From Antechinus flavipes (taxonomy: Eukaryota), in contig NC_067398.1 in NCBI RefSeq assembly GCF_016432865.1, positions 490,048,001 to 490,112,000 on the forward strand: a stretch of DNA of 64,000 bases, given 5' to 3'. Of the stretch, positions 24,549 through 36,310 are shown piece after piece (within the stretch, counting starts at the first letter, position 1; each line of letters begins with the position of its first letter). The notes under the pieces were generated by a model. That model saw nothing but the letters and a program-made list of their open reading frames with translations, was not told the origin of the DNA and ran no database searches. The position numbers were made by a program, and so were the translations under genes.

Positions 24549-25695
24549 AGACTTGGCTCTTTTCAACTGAAGTGATTTAGGCCAATTCCAATAGATTTGT
24601 GATGGAGAAAACCATCTGCATCCAGAGGGAGTGAAGGGACCTTGAAACTCTAAAACTCCTTGAAGGACAAATTCTCCTTGAAACCTGCCGTTGTGGGGAC
24701 CCCACCCTGAAGACAAGCAGCTTCATTCTGTTGTCTGGGTGGGGCTGGTTGAGTTCAGAGCTGGAGATACCAATCCTATTGAATTGGAGAAACACATATT
24801 CAATTGAAGATTTTCTATTCAATTCTAGCTCAAAATGAAAACCTAGCTCCCATGGAGCAACCCCCAGCTTGTAACTAAAGCTTATAAAAAGAGTCAATCT
24901 TAAACCCTCTTTTTGCAGAGGAGCTATTATGCCATCCTTGGCATAGTAGCAAATATCTGCCTCCTGGAATGATATTCTCTTCCAGCATTACCCTCTCTTT
25001 ATCCTCACCTATTTCCCTAATGAGACACTATATTTCTCTGTCAGGATCTTACTTCATATTTCTCTGCCAGGACTCCTCCACTAAGGAATTTAGCCTTTCT
25101 ATTCTTGCATAGCAAAGGCTGACCTCCCAATGCCTATAATAAACTTTTTATCAGTCTAACTTTTCGGGTTCATAAATTCCTTTACAAAGCACTTCTGTGC
25201 CACCAGAAGGGAGTTCCCAAAATTGCCTACCCATGCACTGAATCCCAAGGGAATTAATGGGAGCCAAACCTCTTCATTTGGTTCCCTGAACCCTGAACCT
25301 GCCACTAATCTCACCATCTAACTCCTTGACCACCAGGAACCCTAATCTCATTATTTTGGTTTCCTGAATCTAATCTCATCAAGAGGATTATGGGGCCTGA
25401 ATATAGATCACAACATGGTATTTTCACCTTTGTTTTTGCTGTTGTTGTTATTTGCCTACTTGTTTTTTCTCCCCCCCCTCCCTTTTTGAACTTATTTTTC
25501 TTGTGCAGCATGATGAATGTGGAAATATGTTTAGAAGAATTGCACATGTTTAACCTATATTGGATTACTTGCTGTCTAGGGGAGTGGAAGGATGGGGAAG
25601 GAGGGAGAAAATATGGAACACACGATTTTCAAAGGGTAAATGTTGAAAACTATCTTTGCATATATTTTGAGAAAAAAAAGCTTTTATAAAAAAAC
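24549..25695 (+). mobile_element. L1 3' UTR (24549-24631 + 25382-25695) split by an LTR
   Basis: 'gacttggctcttttcaac...gccaattccaatagatttgtgatgg...ccatctgcatccagag' + 'agaggattatggggcctgaat...' is collinear with the L1 3' UTR at 63049-63420. Confidence 0.85.
24632..25381 (+). mobile_element. Solo ERV LTR (C), 750 bp
   Basis: TGAAGG...CTCATCA; TATAAAA 24883; AATAAA 25138; 4-bp TSD ggag/agag; host L1 rejoins across it. Confidence 0.88.
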
Positions 25696-25764
25696 AACAA
25701 CAACACATTAATCCTTAGGAGTCATATACATTCATAAAATTAATCATTAATCATACTTCTGAAG

Positions 25765-25914
25765 TTTTTTTTTTTTTTTTTTTTTTGCTAAGACAATTGG
25801 GGTTAAGTGCCCAGGGTCACACAGCCAGGAAGTATTAAGTGTCAGAGGTTAGATTTGAACTCAGGTTCTCCTGACTTCAGGGCTGGTGCCCTATTACACT
25901 AATTAGCTAACCCC
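25765..25914 (-). mobile_element. WSINE1-type SINE with poly(A) tail and TSD
   Basis: T-run, then 'gctaagacaattggggttaagtgcccagggtcacacagc...ctgacttcagggctgg'; TSD acttctgaagtt (25755-25766) / agtcctgaagtt (25915-25926). Confidence 0.88.
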
Positions 25915-26075
25915 AGTCCTGAAGTTATTTAAAATTATTTTTATTTAAAATGCCATCAGTTTATAAATTGTCTCTCTGATTAAATTAACCTCACTTTAGA
26001 TTGAATCAAAAAAGATATACTAAATTTTCTAAACTCTTTTTCTTTCATTATTTTTATGGTGTAATAATATTCCAT

Positions 26076-26730
26076 TGATGAGGTTTTCAAGGTGTGGTTA
26101 GTTGAGAAATCGATAAAAATTAATTCCTTAGGCAAGTAGGAAGAAGGTTCTTTTAATGCAGACCACTTTGGCTCCTTGATTCCATACTCTAAACATAATC
26201 CAGTTAGAAATCCAAGTTATATCAAGATCCTGAGGCTAAAATTTCCCTATAAAACAATTTATGATCCATGGCTTTGCTGCTCCCTTCCTTTGGGTCAACT
26301 CTTCATAGTATTCTGTCTTGTGGTATCTTTTCCCCTTCTCCTTGCCACATGGTATCTCTCCTAACTCCACTATGCTTCTCAACCCCATTCCTCCTCCTTA
26401 CAGCTAATTAATTCTTTTAGGGTGCTAATTTCCTTTCATGAATTAGCCTGCAAGCTAAGGTCATTCCCCCAATCTCATGGGACATTGCCTTTCTACTGGG
26501 TAATTGTGAGTTCCACTGAGAAACTTGTCTTTCATGTGCTCTCCCACTCTATTTCTTATTTACCATTCCTGGTGTCTATTGTATCCCTTCATTTTGTCTG
26601 TAATCTATTCCCTTAAATAAATCTATCTTTTGCCAAAGAAAATGGCCATTGTGAATTCTTCACATGACCAGCCCCCAACTTTGATGCCTGCCATCATTTA
26701 ATGACAAACTCCACACCATAGATCATATCA
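26076..26730 (+). mobile_element. Solo ERV LTR (D), 655 bp, inserted in an old antisense L1
   Basis: TGATGA...CATATCA; TATAAAA 26248; AATAAA 26616; TSD ccat/ccaa; flanks 'gtaataatattccat' and 'ttttcatatac...ttcaggtattcccta' rejoin as L1. Confidence 0.82.
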
Positions 26731-27099
26731 CCAATGTTTTCATATACTAGGATCTGTTCAGGTATTCCCTATATAGTGGTCACCCCCTTAGTTTCTAATT
26801 CTTTACTACAACAAAAAGTGTTGTCAAGAATGATTTTGTACATATAGTTCCTTTCTGTCTTTAAAAAAAAAAAATCTCTTTAAGGTATTTACCCAAGTGT
26901 TATCAAATGTTTTTGCATTGAATATTTATAGCTTCAAATTTCTATATAGAAAGTTTTGGATTCAAGTTCAGCTTCCCAACACATACTAAACCCTATGACT
27001 CCTCAAGTCACTCAGTCTCTCAATGGCCTAGGTAACTCTCTAAGACTAAACATTACAAAGAAAGTTTTACTCTGTCTGAGTAGAAGACATTTTCTCTGT

Positions 27100-27490
27100 T
27101 GTGATTGTTGCTTTTGGCCTTCCTTCTGCAAGATGACCATTGACATCATAAGGTTGCTATCTTGACTTGAACATGAATTGGAGATAAGTGAAAGTTGTAC
27201 AAAGTTCTTAGCTTCATTCCTTTCTCCAAAATGATGGGAGTCAAGATTACTACTAGCAATGTCCCAGGACACAATGGATAACCTTACCCTTTCTCAATTA
27301 AAATCTTTCCCAACTCTCAGTTTGTCTGAAACCACTATCCATTCAATGACTAAAGAATGGAAAGAGTTGAGACAAAAGATGGCTCAATTTAACATCCCAA
27401 AGAGAGGGGAAAGCCTTTGGAGTTCCCTCAGAGTTTCTGGGCAAAACAGAAAACACTCATTTACACTCATTATAAGCCAGCAAAACTTAA
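27100..27490 (+). mobile_element. RTE-family 5' region (RTE/MAR2-like)
   Basis: 'tggccttccttctgcaagatgaccattgacatc...cttgacttgaacatgaattgga...cagagtttctgggcaaaacagaaa'. Confidence 0.75.
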
Positions 27491-27699
27491 ACAATGAACC
27501 ACAGAAGCTTAGGTTGGAGCTATTATTGACCCATCAAAGAAAGTCAGAGTGATTTGAGTTTAAAGGCTTGTCAAGTAGCTCCATTTAAAACACAATGGGC
27601 TTTTTGAAAGTCTGTCTTTTCAGAACTATATTTCAAAAAAAATCAAAATTGAAAATTGCACAGGACAAAAACTAAATTGTCTCAGCTTTTGAAAGTAGA

Positions 27700-27835
27700 T
27701 AAATATAAAAATTAGAAGAGAGAAGTAGGAGGAACAAGGGGAGGAAAAGAAAAAAAAAGAGGAGGAGGAGAGGAAGGAGAAAGAGAATAAAGGAGGAAGA
27801 AGAATAGAAGGATGAAAGAAGATGAAGAAATAGCA
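27700..27835. repeat. (GGA/GAA)n polypurine low-complexity tract
   Basis: Visible repeat. Confidence 0.85.
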
Positions 27836-28127
27836 TCAATCCCCAACTTCTGCTCAAATTGGCAGTTTGGATCCCCAAAGGGTCATTTGCTATTATTCTC
27901 AAATAATGTGGTAAATTAGACATTTAATACAAAATGTTTCCCAAAGAACCTGGTTGACTCTTTCCCACAAATACATACAACATCCATGAGAAGAATAATC
28001 TTAAACTTAGATTATAATAGTAGTGAGGCACATGTAAAAATATGTGTGGCAAGGCTTATCTCACCATGCCTACTCTGGAAATCCTCTTTGTTTAGAGACT
28101 TCATGCAGAACCATTATTATTCTTACT

Positions 28128-28250
28128 GTTGTTGTCCATCCTTATTTCTTGAAGAGAACTAATGACATCATGAGGATGATGTCTTGACTTTCTTGTGAAC
28201 TGGATACAAATGAATCAGAGCTGGATGAAATTGTCAATCTTATTTACTCT
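28128..28250 (+). mobile_element. RTE-family 5' fragment
   Basis: 'tgttgtccatccttatttcttgaagagaactaatgacatcatgaggatgatgtcttgactt'. Confidence 0.7.
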
Positions 28251-28884
28251 GGGGATTTTTTGTACCAATAAAACAAAATGTCTAGTACAAAAAAGGAAAG
28301 GTTTTTAAATTTGAATACTTGAATAGAAGAATTCATGATTTTATTATTATGAAGATTTACCTGATAGAAATGGACCTCTAACCCTTCTATAGCTTAGGAG
28401 GCAGTTAATCGATGCAGGTCTCCCTGAAAAAATTTTTGCAGCCAACCTAGGTAGTTTTAGCAAATTGAGGTAGGTCTGTCCACTGAGGGGAGAGAACCTT
28501 ATGGCCTTCACAAATGAGACCACATAAAAATGTTTGGGAATGAAGGGATTAGAAGCTCTTATTTTGTGAGTTGGAGAAAATCAGAATACATGTACCAGTA
28601 ATTCCGACACTTTGGATTTTTGAACCCAGTCAGTATCCATGTTAGAGGAGTAAGAGCTGCTCCACTTGCTACCCAGCTGGAATTGGCCAGTTGAGCAACA
28701 TAGATCTTATGTTTTCCTTTTGTTTTGTTTTATTTATTCATTCTTCTTTTCCTACCCTTCCCTCTGTCCACATAGGACATCATACTTTTCCCTGCGGATG
28801 CTCTGCCCAAAGCAATGTAAAATTGTGATCACTGGAACTTCATAAGATATCTTGAGTTTTATGGTCTAGGATCATGCCCTGTAC

Positions 28885-29031
28885 TCAAATCACTCTGGCT
28901 CTTATTTATTGGCCAACAATAGGCCCCAAGCAAAATCACATTTGATCATTTTTTTAGATCCTGATTGACTCAGAATGAAAGTAAGTAGTATTTGTTTCTG
29001 CTTTGGCCAGAAACCCTGATCCCTGATTGAG

Positions 29032-29062
<31 letters not shown>

Positions 29063-29378
29063 TTCTTTTTACTAGATGAAAGAGGCTACTCTCTTGTCTC
29101 TCATTTTTTACCAAGCCTTAATCACAGAATGGATGTTGCTTCAGTAAAAATCTAAGGCCTGATAAAGAACTTAAAAAGTCCAAGGTCTCCCACTTCATTT
29201 GGGGCCACCACTCCAATAGTTTTGAACTATATCTTGCCACCAGCCTCAAAAAACTCCAGAAGAGACAGTGAGGCAGTTGACTTTGAACATCCCTCTCTTA
29301 ATCCAATTCACTTGCATGTCATGATTTCTCCAATCTGATATCATGGTCCTCTTGAGAATGAAGGACAAAAAACAACAG
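28885..29378 (-). mobile_element. RTE-family 5' region with internal (GT)n
   Basis: Reverse complement of the 27100-27490 family: 'tttgtttctgctttggccagaaaccctga...ccaattcacttgcatgtc...tcatggtcctcttgagaatgaaggacaa'; (GT)n 29032-29057. Confidence 0.8.
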
Positions 29379-29734
29379 GCCAGTCCCCAGGATATAGATA
29401 TTCTGTTATTGGGCCCATACTCAAAATCTTTACAATTTTGTTGGATTTATCAGGGCTTATGTTACTGTAATACATTCTTGGATAACTTCAACTTTTCTCT
29501 CTACTATAATGAAGCTTGAAAGTAAACCCTTCATAGAATACCTAATCGTAATAAATACTAAGAGTTAATGGGCAAATAACTAATTAATTATATTAATATC
29601 TTCAGATAGATACTCACAATTGTAGTGCTGAAGAAAACATTCCAAAGCTCTATCTGGTGATAAACCTATAGTTTGTATTAGAAATTGCTTCACAAAGAAT
29701 CAAGTTGTTTTAATGTGATTTTGATAATAGCAAT

Positions 29735-29910
29735 AATACATATATATAATTATATAACATTTAAAATATATTGAAATAATATGTAATGGTATATATCATA
29801 TGATGTATATTATCTAATAATATATTATATAAGATGACATATAACATTATTTTATAATAAATATATAGCCATATAACAAAATATATCAGTGATAATATGT
29901 GATTATATAC
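29735..29910. repeat. AT-rich low-complexity tract
   Basis: TA/ATAT-rich degenerate repeat. Confidence 0.75.
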
Positions 29911-30036
29911 AGGAGGGTAATAGTGCAGAATGATGTACAAATTTTATATAGCCATAATCCCCATCCATAAAAAGTAAAGATATTACTTTTCACAAAATGA
30001 TCTATATAAACAATTTTATTGAAAGTTAAGGATTTA

Positions 30037-30687
30037 GGGAGGATCCTGGGAAGATGGCAGAGTAGTCAGGAAATTTCAAACCTTCCAAACTTCCCCCACA
30101 AACAAAACAAATTTACACTTCACAGTGAACACGGACTGATGAAAAATAAAGAAGACTAGAGGCAAAACAAGGGTTCTCCTGAGATAATACCAGAAGAGAG
30201 TCCAGGACTGGGATTAACCCGTGTGAAGTGTAACATCTCTAGGCTAGATCTGCAGAAAGAGGCAGGGAGAGGGTTTGGGGGGTGCCTCAGCTCCAACCTC
30301 CAAGACATCATGGGGATGAGTTCAGGAAGACTGAAGGAACCTCTGCTGATTAGGAATGCCAGGCCCAGCTGTGTCTCTGCAACACAGCAAGACTGTGTCT
30401 CTTGGCTGAAAAGGAACCAGTACAACTGTGAGTGCAGAGACTGGGGAGCAGGGAGGTGGGTATGGGCATTTGCAGGATTGGGGAGCTTTTGGTTTGGGGT
30501 TGCAGATCAGAGGGAAGAGCCAAAGTGAAGCTAGAAGCACAATCCCCCTCACTCCCGGATTAATGATACTTATTCTAATAGTTTTTAATTTTAAAAAAAT
30601 GAACCTGCAAAGAAGAAAGAAACCAACCATAGAAACTTACTTACTGTGGGAATAGAGAAGACAACCAGGGAGTCATCTTTAGAGGAG

Positions 30688-30747
<60 letters not shown>

Positions 30748-31157
30748 TCTTCTATCCCAAAGAATAATGTTAAATGTCTCCCTGCCCAGAAATAATTTAT
30801 AGAAAAAATTTTTTAAAAGACTTTAAAAATCAACTGAGAGGTATTGAGGAAATACTAAAATAAACAAACCAATAGGTAAATAAAACCATAAAAGAAAAAC
30901 AAAAAAAAATGAAAAAAGTTAGTTAACTAGAAAAGGAGAAACAGAGTCTTAAAAAAGAAAACTATTCTTTGAAAATTAAAATTAGGTAAGGGGAAGCCAG
31001 TGAAGCTAGAAGAGACCAAGAAATAACAAAACAAAATATAAAGAATGAAAAGACAGTACAGAATGTGAAACATCTTATAAGAAAAACAACAGATCTGGAG
31101 AACGGATAAAGAAAAGAAAATATAGGAATAATTGGATTACCTGAAAGCTATGACCAA
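30037..31157 (+). mobile_element. L1 5' UTR + N-terminal half of ORF1 (3'-truncated) with TSD
   Basis: Starts 'gggaggatcctgggaagatggcagagtag'; ORF1 ATG at 30599 (MNLQRRKKPTIETY); later 'VKHLIRKTTDLENG*RKENIGIIGLPESYDQK' is the ORF1 coiled-coil/RRM start; TSD 30022-30036 / 31158-31172. Confidence 0.9.
30689..30743. repeat. (AC)27 microsatellite inside L1 ORF1
   Basis: Perfect dinucleotide run. Confidence 0.98.
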
Positions 31158-31269
31158 AAAGTTAAGAATTCATTATAATTTGATTATGATGTAAAAAAAA
31201 AAATCTTAAGTATACAGTACAAACAAGGTTAACAATCATTGCAACTTCAAAATCAGAGATTTAAAAACT

Positions 31270-31435
31270 AGAATGTCACCTCTATAACATCCAATATCCA
31301 TTTCACCAATAGATGAGGGAAAATAAGCTAAAATCAGTTGATTGAGATTAGCCAAAGCTCCCCTACAGAAGGATTGTCGCAAGATTTAGACCCAGTTTCT
31401 AGACTCCAAAGAGAACATTTTCCATGTCCTACCTT
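31270..31435 (-). mobile_element. MIR fragment
   Basis: 'catttcaccaatagatgagggaaaataagct...gatttagacccagtttctagactccaaa'. Confidence 0.55.
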
Positions 31436-31826
31436 CTTTCCAAAGTTAAAGGGGGAAAAAGGAGGTGGTTGAAAGTGTCCTGAACTTCTAAGGACTAGGG
31501 ACTTAGGTGTAGGAAATCTTTGGGGTTGTCACCGTACCCTCTGTGAGGAATCCAAATAATCCCTCTATTGTCATAAGCACTCCTGGTCTTCCTACTCTCA
31601 GAAAGCTGAATGGTAAGCCCAGGAACAGGCAAAACAAATAAGCACTAGCTTACCTCTATGGAGCTTTGGATAAGCAACAACCTTTCATTGCATGACCACC
31701 AGGAGCCTCAGAGAACCTTGTGATTACATGAGATCCTGCCCTTGCCCATCAAGCCAGTGGGATACCACTGTTTAGCACTTGGGTGCACTGCTATTGCTGA
31801 AAGATATACCAATATCTTTGTTTCTA

Positions 31827-31844
31827 TGACCTGGGCCTAGGTCA
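31827..31844. promoter_or_regulatory. Perfect ER6 nuclear-receptor motif TGACCT-N6-AGGTCA
   Basis: tgacct gggcct aggtca, exact half-sites in unique sequence; function unknown. Confidence 0.35.
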
Positions 31845-32134
31845 GAGAAAAATAGGATAGGCAGTGTCTCCTGGTGCCTATATCCAGGTTCACTATCAAG
31901 GTCTCAAGCAGCTTTGTTCCCTTACTGTAGCCATCAACCATTTAAAAAAAATTCACTGACTCAGTTTTACTTTTAACTTTAGTTTTGTTTTAAAATTAGA
32001 CATACTTATATAGAAGATATAATAAAAAAAAAACCAATACATTTTGGCTATTGCTCTCTACCTGCTTCCACTTCCCCATCCCTTGGGAAGGCTTGTGTCC
32101 TCACAGCTGGAAAATGCTTATCTAACTAAATGAA

Positions 32135-32250
32135 GGATGGTCTTGGTATCACAAGACCTGGATTTCAGTCTCAGTTCTAACACTTGCTTATGATCTTGGC
32201 TAAATGACTTCATTTCTCTGAATTTTTTATCTGTCAAATGAGATTAGTCC
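32135..32250 (+). mobile_element. MIR fragment
   Basis: 'caagacctggatttcagtctcagttctaacacttgcttatgatcttggctaaatgacttcatttctctga'. Confidence 0.65.
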
Positions 32251-35149
32251 TTGAGAGATATATGATGTTCACATGTAACTTTATGTTTGTGTCAACATCC
32301 CTGGAAAGTATTTGGGAGATGATCAAATCAAGGGGCCAAGAAGTTTAGCAACCTGTCTAGAATTATAAAACTGGACAATCATGATTCTATGATGCAAACC
32401 CAATTCTCTTCTAATTCTTTAATTCAACAGTCTTTCTACCATGCCACGAAGCCTCTCTAATCTGGTGATTTATTTCACATGATGGTTATGAGGAAATATT
32501 TTGGAAACCTTTTCTTGCTGCAGAAATGAGTAATTATTATATTATTGTAAAAGGAATTAATAACTCACTTGTCACTTTATTGATATGCACATTATTGCAG
32601 AGACTGGAAAGTATATTTTTAAATGCATAGTTTTATTCTAATGGCTAATCAGTGTGGACTGCTGAATTTATATATAATCTGAAAAAAAATAGCACCTTTT
32701 GGACTTAAAGGCTTTTATCCCATATATCTCAAAATAATTACTGCATGAATAAAATCACAACATGAGGTAGTTATAAGCAGTCTAATTGTAACAATTAATA
32801 TGTAGACCTACCTAATTAAATTTCCCCAGCCAGAGTATTTTGTCTGCATATATCAAAGTTTATAAAAGCAGAATAATAGAGCAGAATAAAAAATGATAAT
32901 GTCCCGAAGATAGTCCCTTGAAGAACTTCTAAGGTTAAAATGAAAATCTATCAATGCTGAACAAGAAAATGTGCAGTTCTATTCAAGTGATGGATGGTAT
33001 TGCTAACCTTCATGCAAAGTGATCCTGACATGTGTTATTGTTGAACTACAGATGAGCATATCTTTGTCTACCTTATTGCTTTTATAAAGTGAATATAATT
33101 TTTTGTGAGTCTGAGTTCTCTCTCACTCTCTCTGCCTCTCTTTCTGTCTCTTAAGATTCAACTTGGTAATGTTAAGACAAAGCTGCTCTCTTTTTTCTCC
33201 TTGACATGTCTATAACTATGTTTATCTTATTTTTTGCCTTTATTTATGAATTATGTTATAGCACAAAGCAAGCTAAAGAGAGTTTCCTTTCAAAGCAAAG
33301 AAAACAGTCCAGGTCAGTTTACCTGGAAGGCATTAGAATACTCCACTGCCAGGTCTCTAGTGACTTCCATAGTTTTCTTTGGCCACTATTTTTTGTTCTT
33401 AGACAACAAGCCAGATGTTGAGTTATGGAACTATAGTTTCTCTGTATCTATTCCTTATACTGATAAAGATTGTAATTTATTAAGACTTTCTCACTCTATT
33501 CCTTATTGGATTTTATTAGTACTTTGGGTATAACAACATGTCAGAAAGCAAGCTGTTGATCTCTTTAGTCTAATTTTTAATCAAATGCCCACTACTTATC
33601 CTTACCACACTTTTTTCACCCCACTTTTGGTAACATTCCTTATAATATTTATGCCCACTGTGTATCTTTTTGATGTCCTTTGTGGTTTTTTTTTTTTTTT
33701 TTTTTTGTGGTTTGATTCTTCCAAGATTGTGATTTATAGTTATATAACTTGGCCTGAATATTTAGTGTTAAAAAAAAAAATAAGCTTTTCTGGCCATGAG
33801 CATTTTGGAATGATTGAAAATCTGCACAATTTCCCAAATGTAATCCAGACAAATCTCCTGCTACTCAGTTCTGAGGCAGATCATTATGTGTCTCCAGTGG
33901 TCATCCAGGATGCATTTTGAATAACCAACCAATGGAATTGAACATCCAGGGACATGCTATTTTCAAGGCAATATTTTTCCCTATTCACTTTGCTTTCTGT
34001 TGTGCTTGGTTAGATTTAAAATTTTTGGTTTGCTATTGGATTTTATTGAAGAACCTTTGTAGTATCCCTGGCCAGAAGCAGATTGTGCAATGCCATTTTT
34101 AATGGGAAATTTGAAAACTCCCATATGATCAAATCCTTCCTCTGAACTTTGTTCATTGAATGTTTCAAGACACTAGAAAACACCTTCTGTGGGAATGTCT
34201 CTCTGTTTTATATCTTCTTTGGTGTCATACTTTATTAAACACATTTCTATAGAAGCATTTCTTTTTGAGTTTTCTAATTCTAAACTATCTAACAGTAACA
34301 ACTTGCTTGAGTTTACAATGTGTCATTTTTTTGCACTAAATCAAAGACTTTTTAAAAAAATGAATAATAAATGCAGCATGAGCTCAGGCTTTAGAGATGT
34401 GGTCTGCTGTAGGAAAGCATTTTTAAAAGTTTGCATGTTCCTTTCTCACATTTTCATCAGTGATATTCTAAATGCTTTCATGGCTTATTTTCATAAATAT
34501 TCTACAGATATGGAAAAAAGAGATACATTAGTTGGTGGTTATTCATGTCTTCTGGGTTGTATTTTTGGTGGAAAGGAGAAGTAGAAGTAAATATGGGATC
34601 TTGTCTAAGCTTTTATCACTAAATTGATTGATCACTAAATACTTTTAAAATGTCATTTCTAACTCATATCCTCTGTAGCCATTAGTTAGTCTAACTACCT
34701 TTACCAAGTCCTTCTTAAACACCTTATCATTTCTTAGATGGAGCACAGCATACTGTTATCTAAAAATGTTAGTTCCATTCATCAATTAAAATTAAACTTT
34801 TAAAAAGTGACGTATCTATTTTGTTGTCTGTTATCCAAGTATGTTATCCAAGTCTCATCCAAGTATGGTCTCAGAATGATCTGTTTTAGCTTAATCTAAT
34901 GTCAATCTCTTTTTGATATGTTTTTTATACTACTTTTAATGCTTTATGATACCATACTGCTCATAACCTTCTGTCATCCTATTTATGAAGATAGAAACAA
35001 TATCTTTTTGACATTCTGTATCTTCCTTAGTGCCTAGATAAATATGCTGTACATAGTAGTTTTTTGAATGTTTCTTGAGGTAAATTAAATTTAGTGTTCC
35101 TTAGTAACACTTTCCAAGCAAGTTTGTATCAGTGTTGACCTAGCTGTCT

Positions 35150-36310
35150 TTTTAGCAAATTAAGTTTTTTATCCTATCTTCCTGGACTTTCTATAGCCTT
35201 GACATCGTTAATGACACCTTTTCCCTTGGTATTCTCTTCTTATTGGATTTTCTTAACGTTATTCTCTTCTAGTTTTGCTCCTACCTGTTTGACTAATCTT
35301 GTCCATCACCTTTATTATGTTAATGACTTGGTCATATGCACTAACTGTGATTGTCCAAAAGGGCTCCGAGTCCTCTTTTTTCCTCCCTCTATATTATTTT
35401 ACTTGGTAATTTCATAAACTCCTATGGATTTAATATTCAACTTTTATTGATCATTCTTAAAGCAATTTATCAAACCTTAACTTCTCTTCTGATCTCCAGT
35501 CTTATGTATCGGATTACCTATTCTATATCATAAATTGAATAACACATAGAAATCTGAAATTCAGTATGTTTCAAACTAAACTCATTGCCTTTCATCCCAA
35601 ATCCATCTCTTTTACTGTCAAGGGTGTCACTATCCTCCTGATCATCTAGGCTCCTTGATGCCTCACTTTCTCTCACTCCATACCCATCCAATTTAAGGTC
35701 AAGTTCTAGTGATTTTATTTTTGTTACAGCTTTTATATATTCACCACTTTCTCTTCTGACATTGCCACCCCTTGGATACAATGCTCGTGACCTCATATTA
35801 AGACTCTTGCACTAACTTTTTAGTTTCCCTGTCCCACTTCAGTTCATCCTCTCCTCAGTTATCAAATTAATCTTCCTAAAGCACAAGTCTAACCATGTTA
35901 CCCATTACCCCGCTTATTCACTAACTCCAATGCCTCTCTTTCATCTCCATTATCAAATATATCATTGTCATTCATACTACTTTTTGACCTATCTCACTCC
36001 CAAACTTCATGTACCTCATGTACATGTCTAGAATATTCTCTTTTCATCTCAATCGTCTATATTCCTTCAAGTCCCTGATAAAATTCCATTGTTTCTAAGA
36101 AGTCTTTACTGATCCTCCTTATAGCTAGTGCTTACCTATCCCGACTCCCATTGATTATTTCCACTTTATCCTGTATATATCTTGTTAGTGCATAATTGTT
36201 GTATGTTGTCTCCCCTTTTAAAGTATGAGTTCTTTGACATCAATGATTGTCAATGATACTTGGCATAGAATAGATGCTTGGTACATGTTTATTTACTGAC
36301 TGGATTGGAT
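35150..36310 (+). mobile_element. L2 LINE (RT to 3' end)
   Basis: ORF 35351-35533 'SPLFSSLYIILLGNFINSYGFN' resembles L2 RT; typical L2 body and 3' end 'tgcttggtacatgtttatttactgactggatt'. Confidence 0.85.

Noticed and set aside
28705-28830. Very long polypyrimidine tract ending in catag|G
   Set aside because: All three frames close within ~70 nt and there is no good donor; the tract is probably low-complexity DNA.
30037-31157. HAL1 (half-L1) element
   Set aside because: HAL1 carries a complete ORF1 plus its own 3' UTR and poly(A); this copy stops mid-ORF1 with no tail.
32763-32813. let-7-like start TGAGGTAGT with a downstream CTACCT
   Set aside because: Only the first 9 nt match let-7; the rest diverges, and the fold needs a 9-nt bulge, so it is not a pre-miRNA hairpin.
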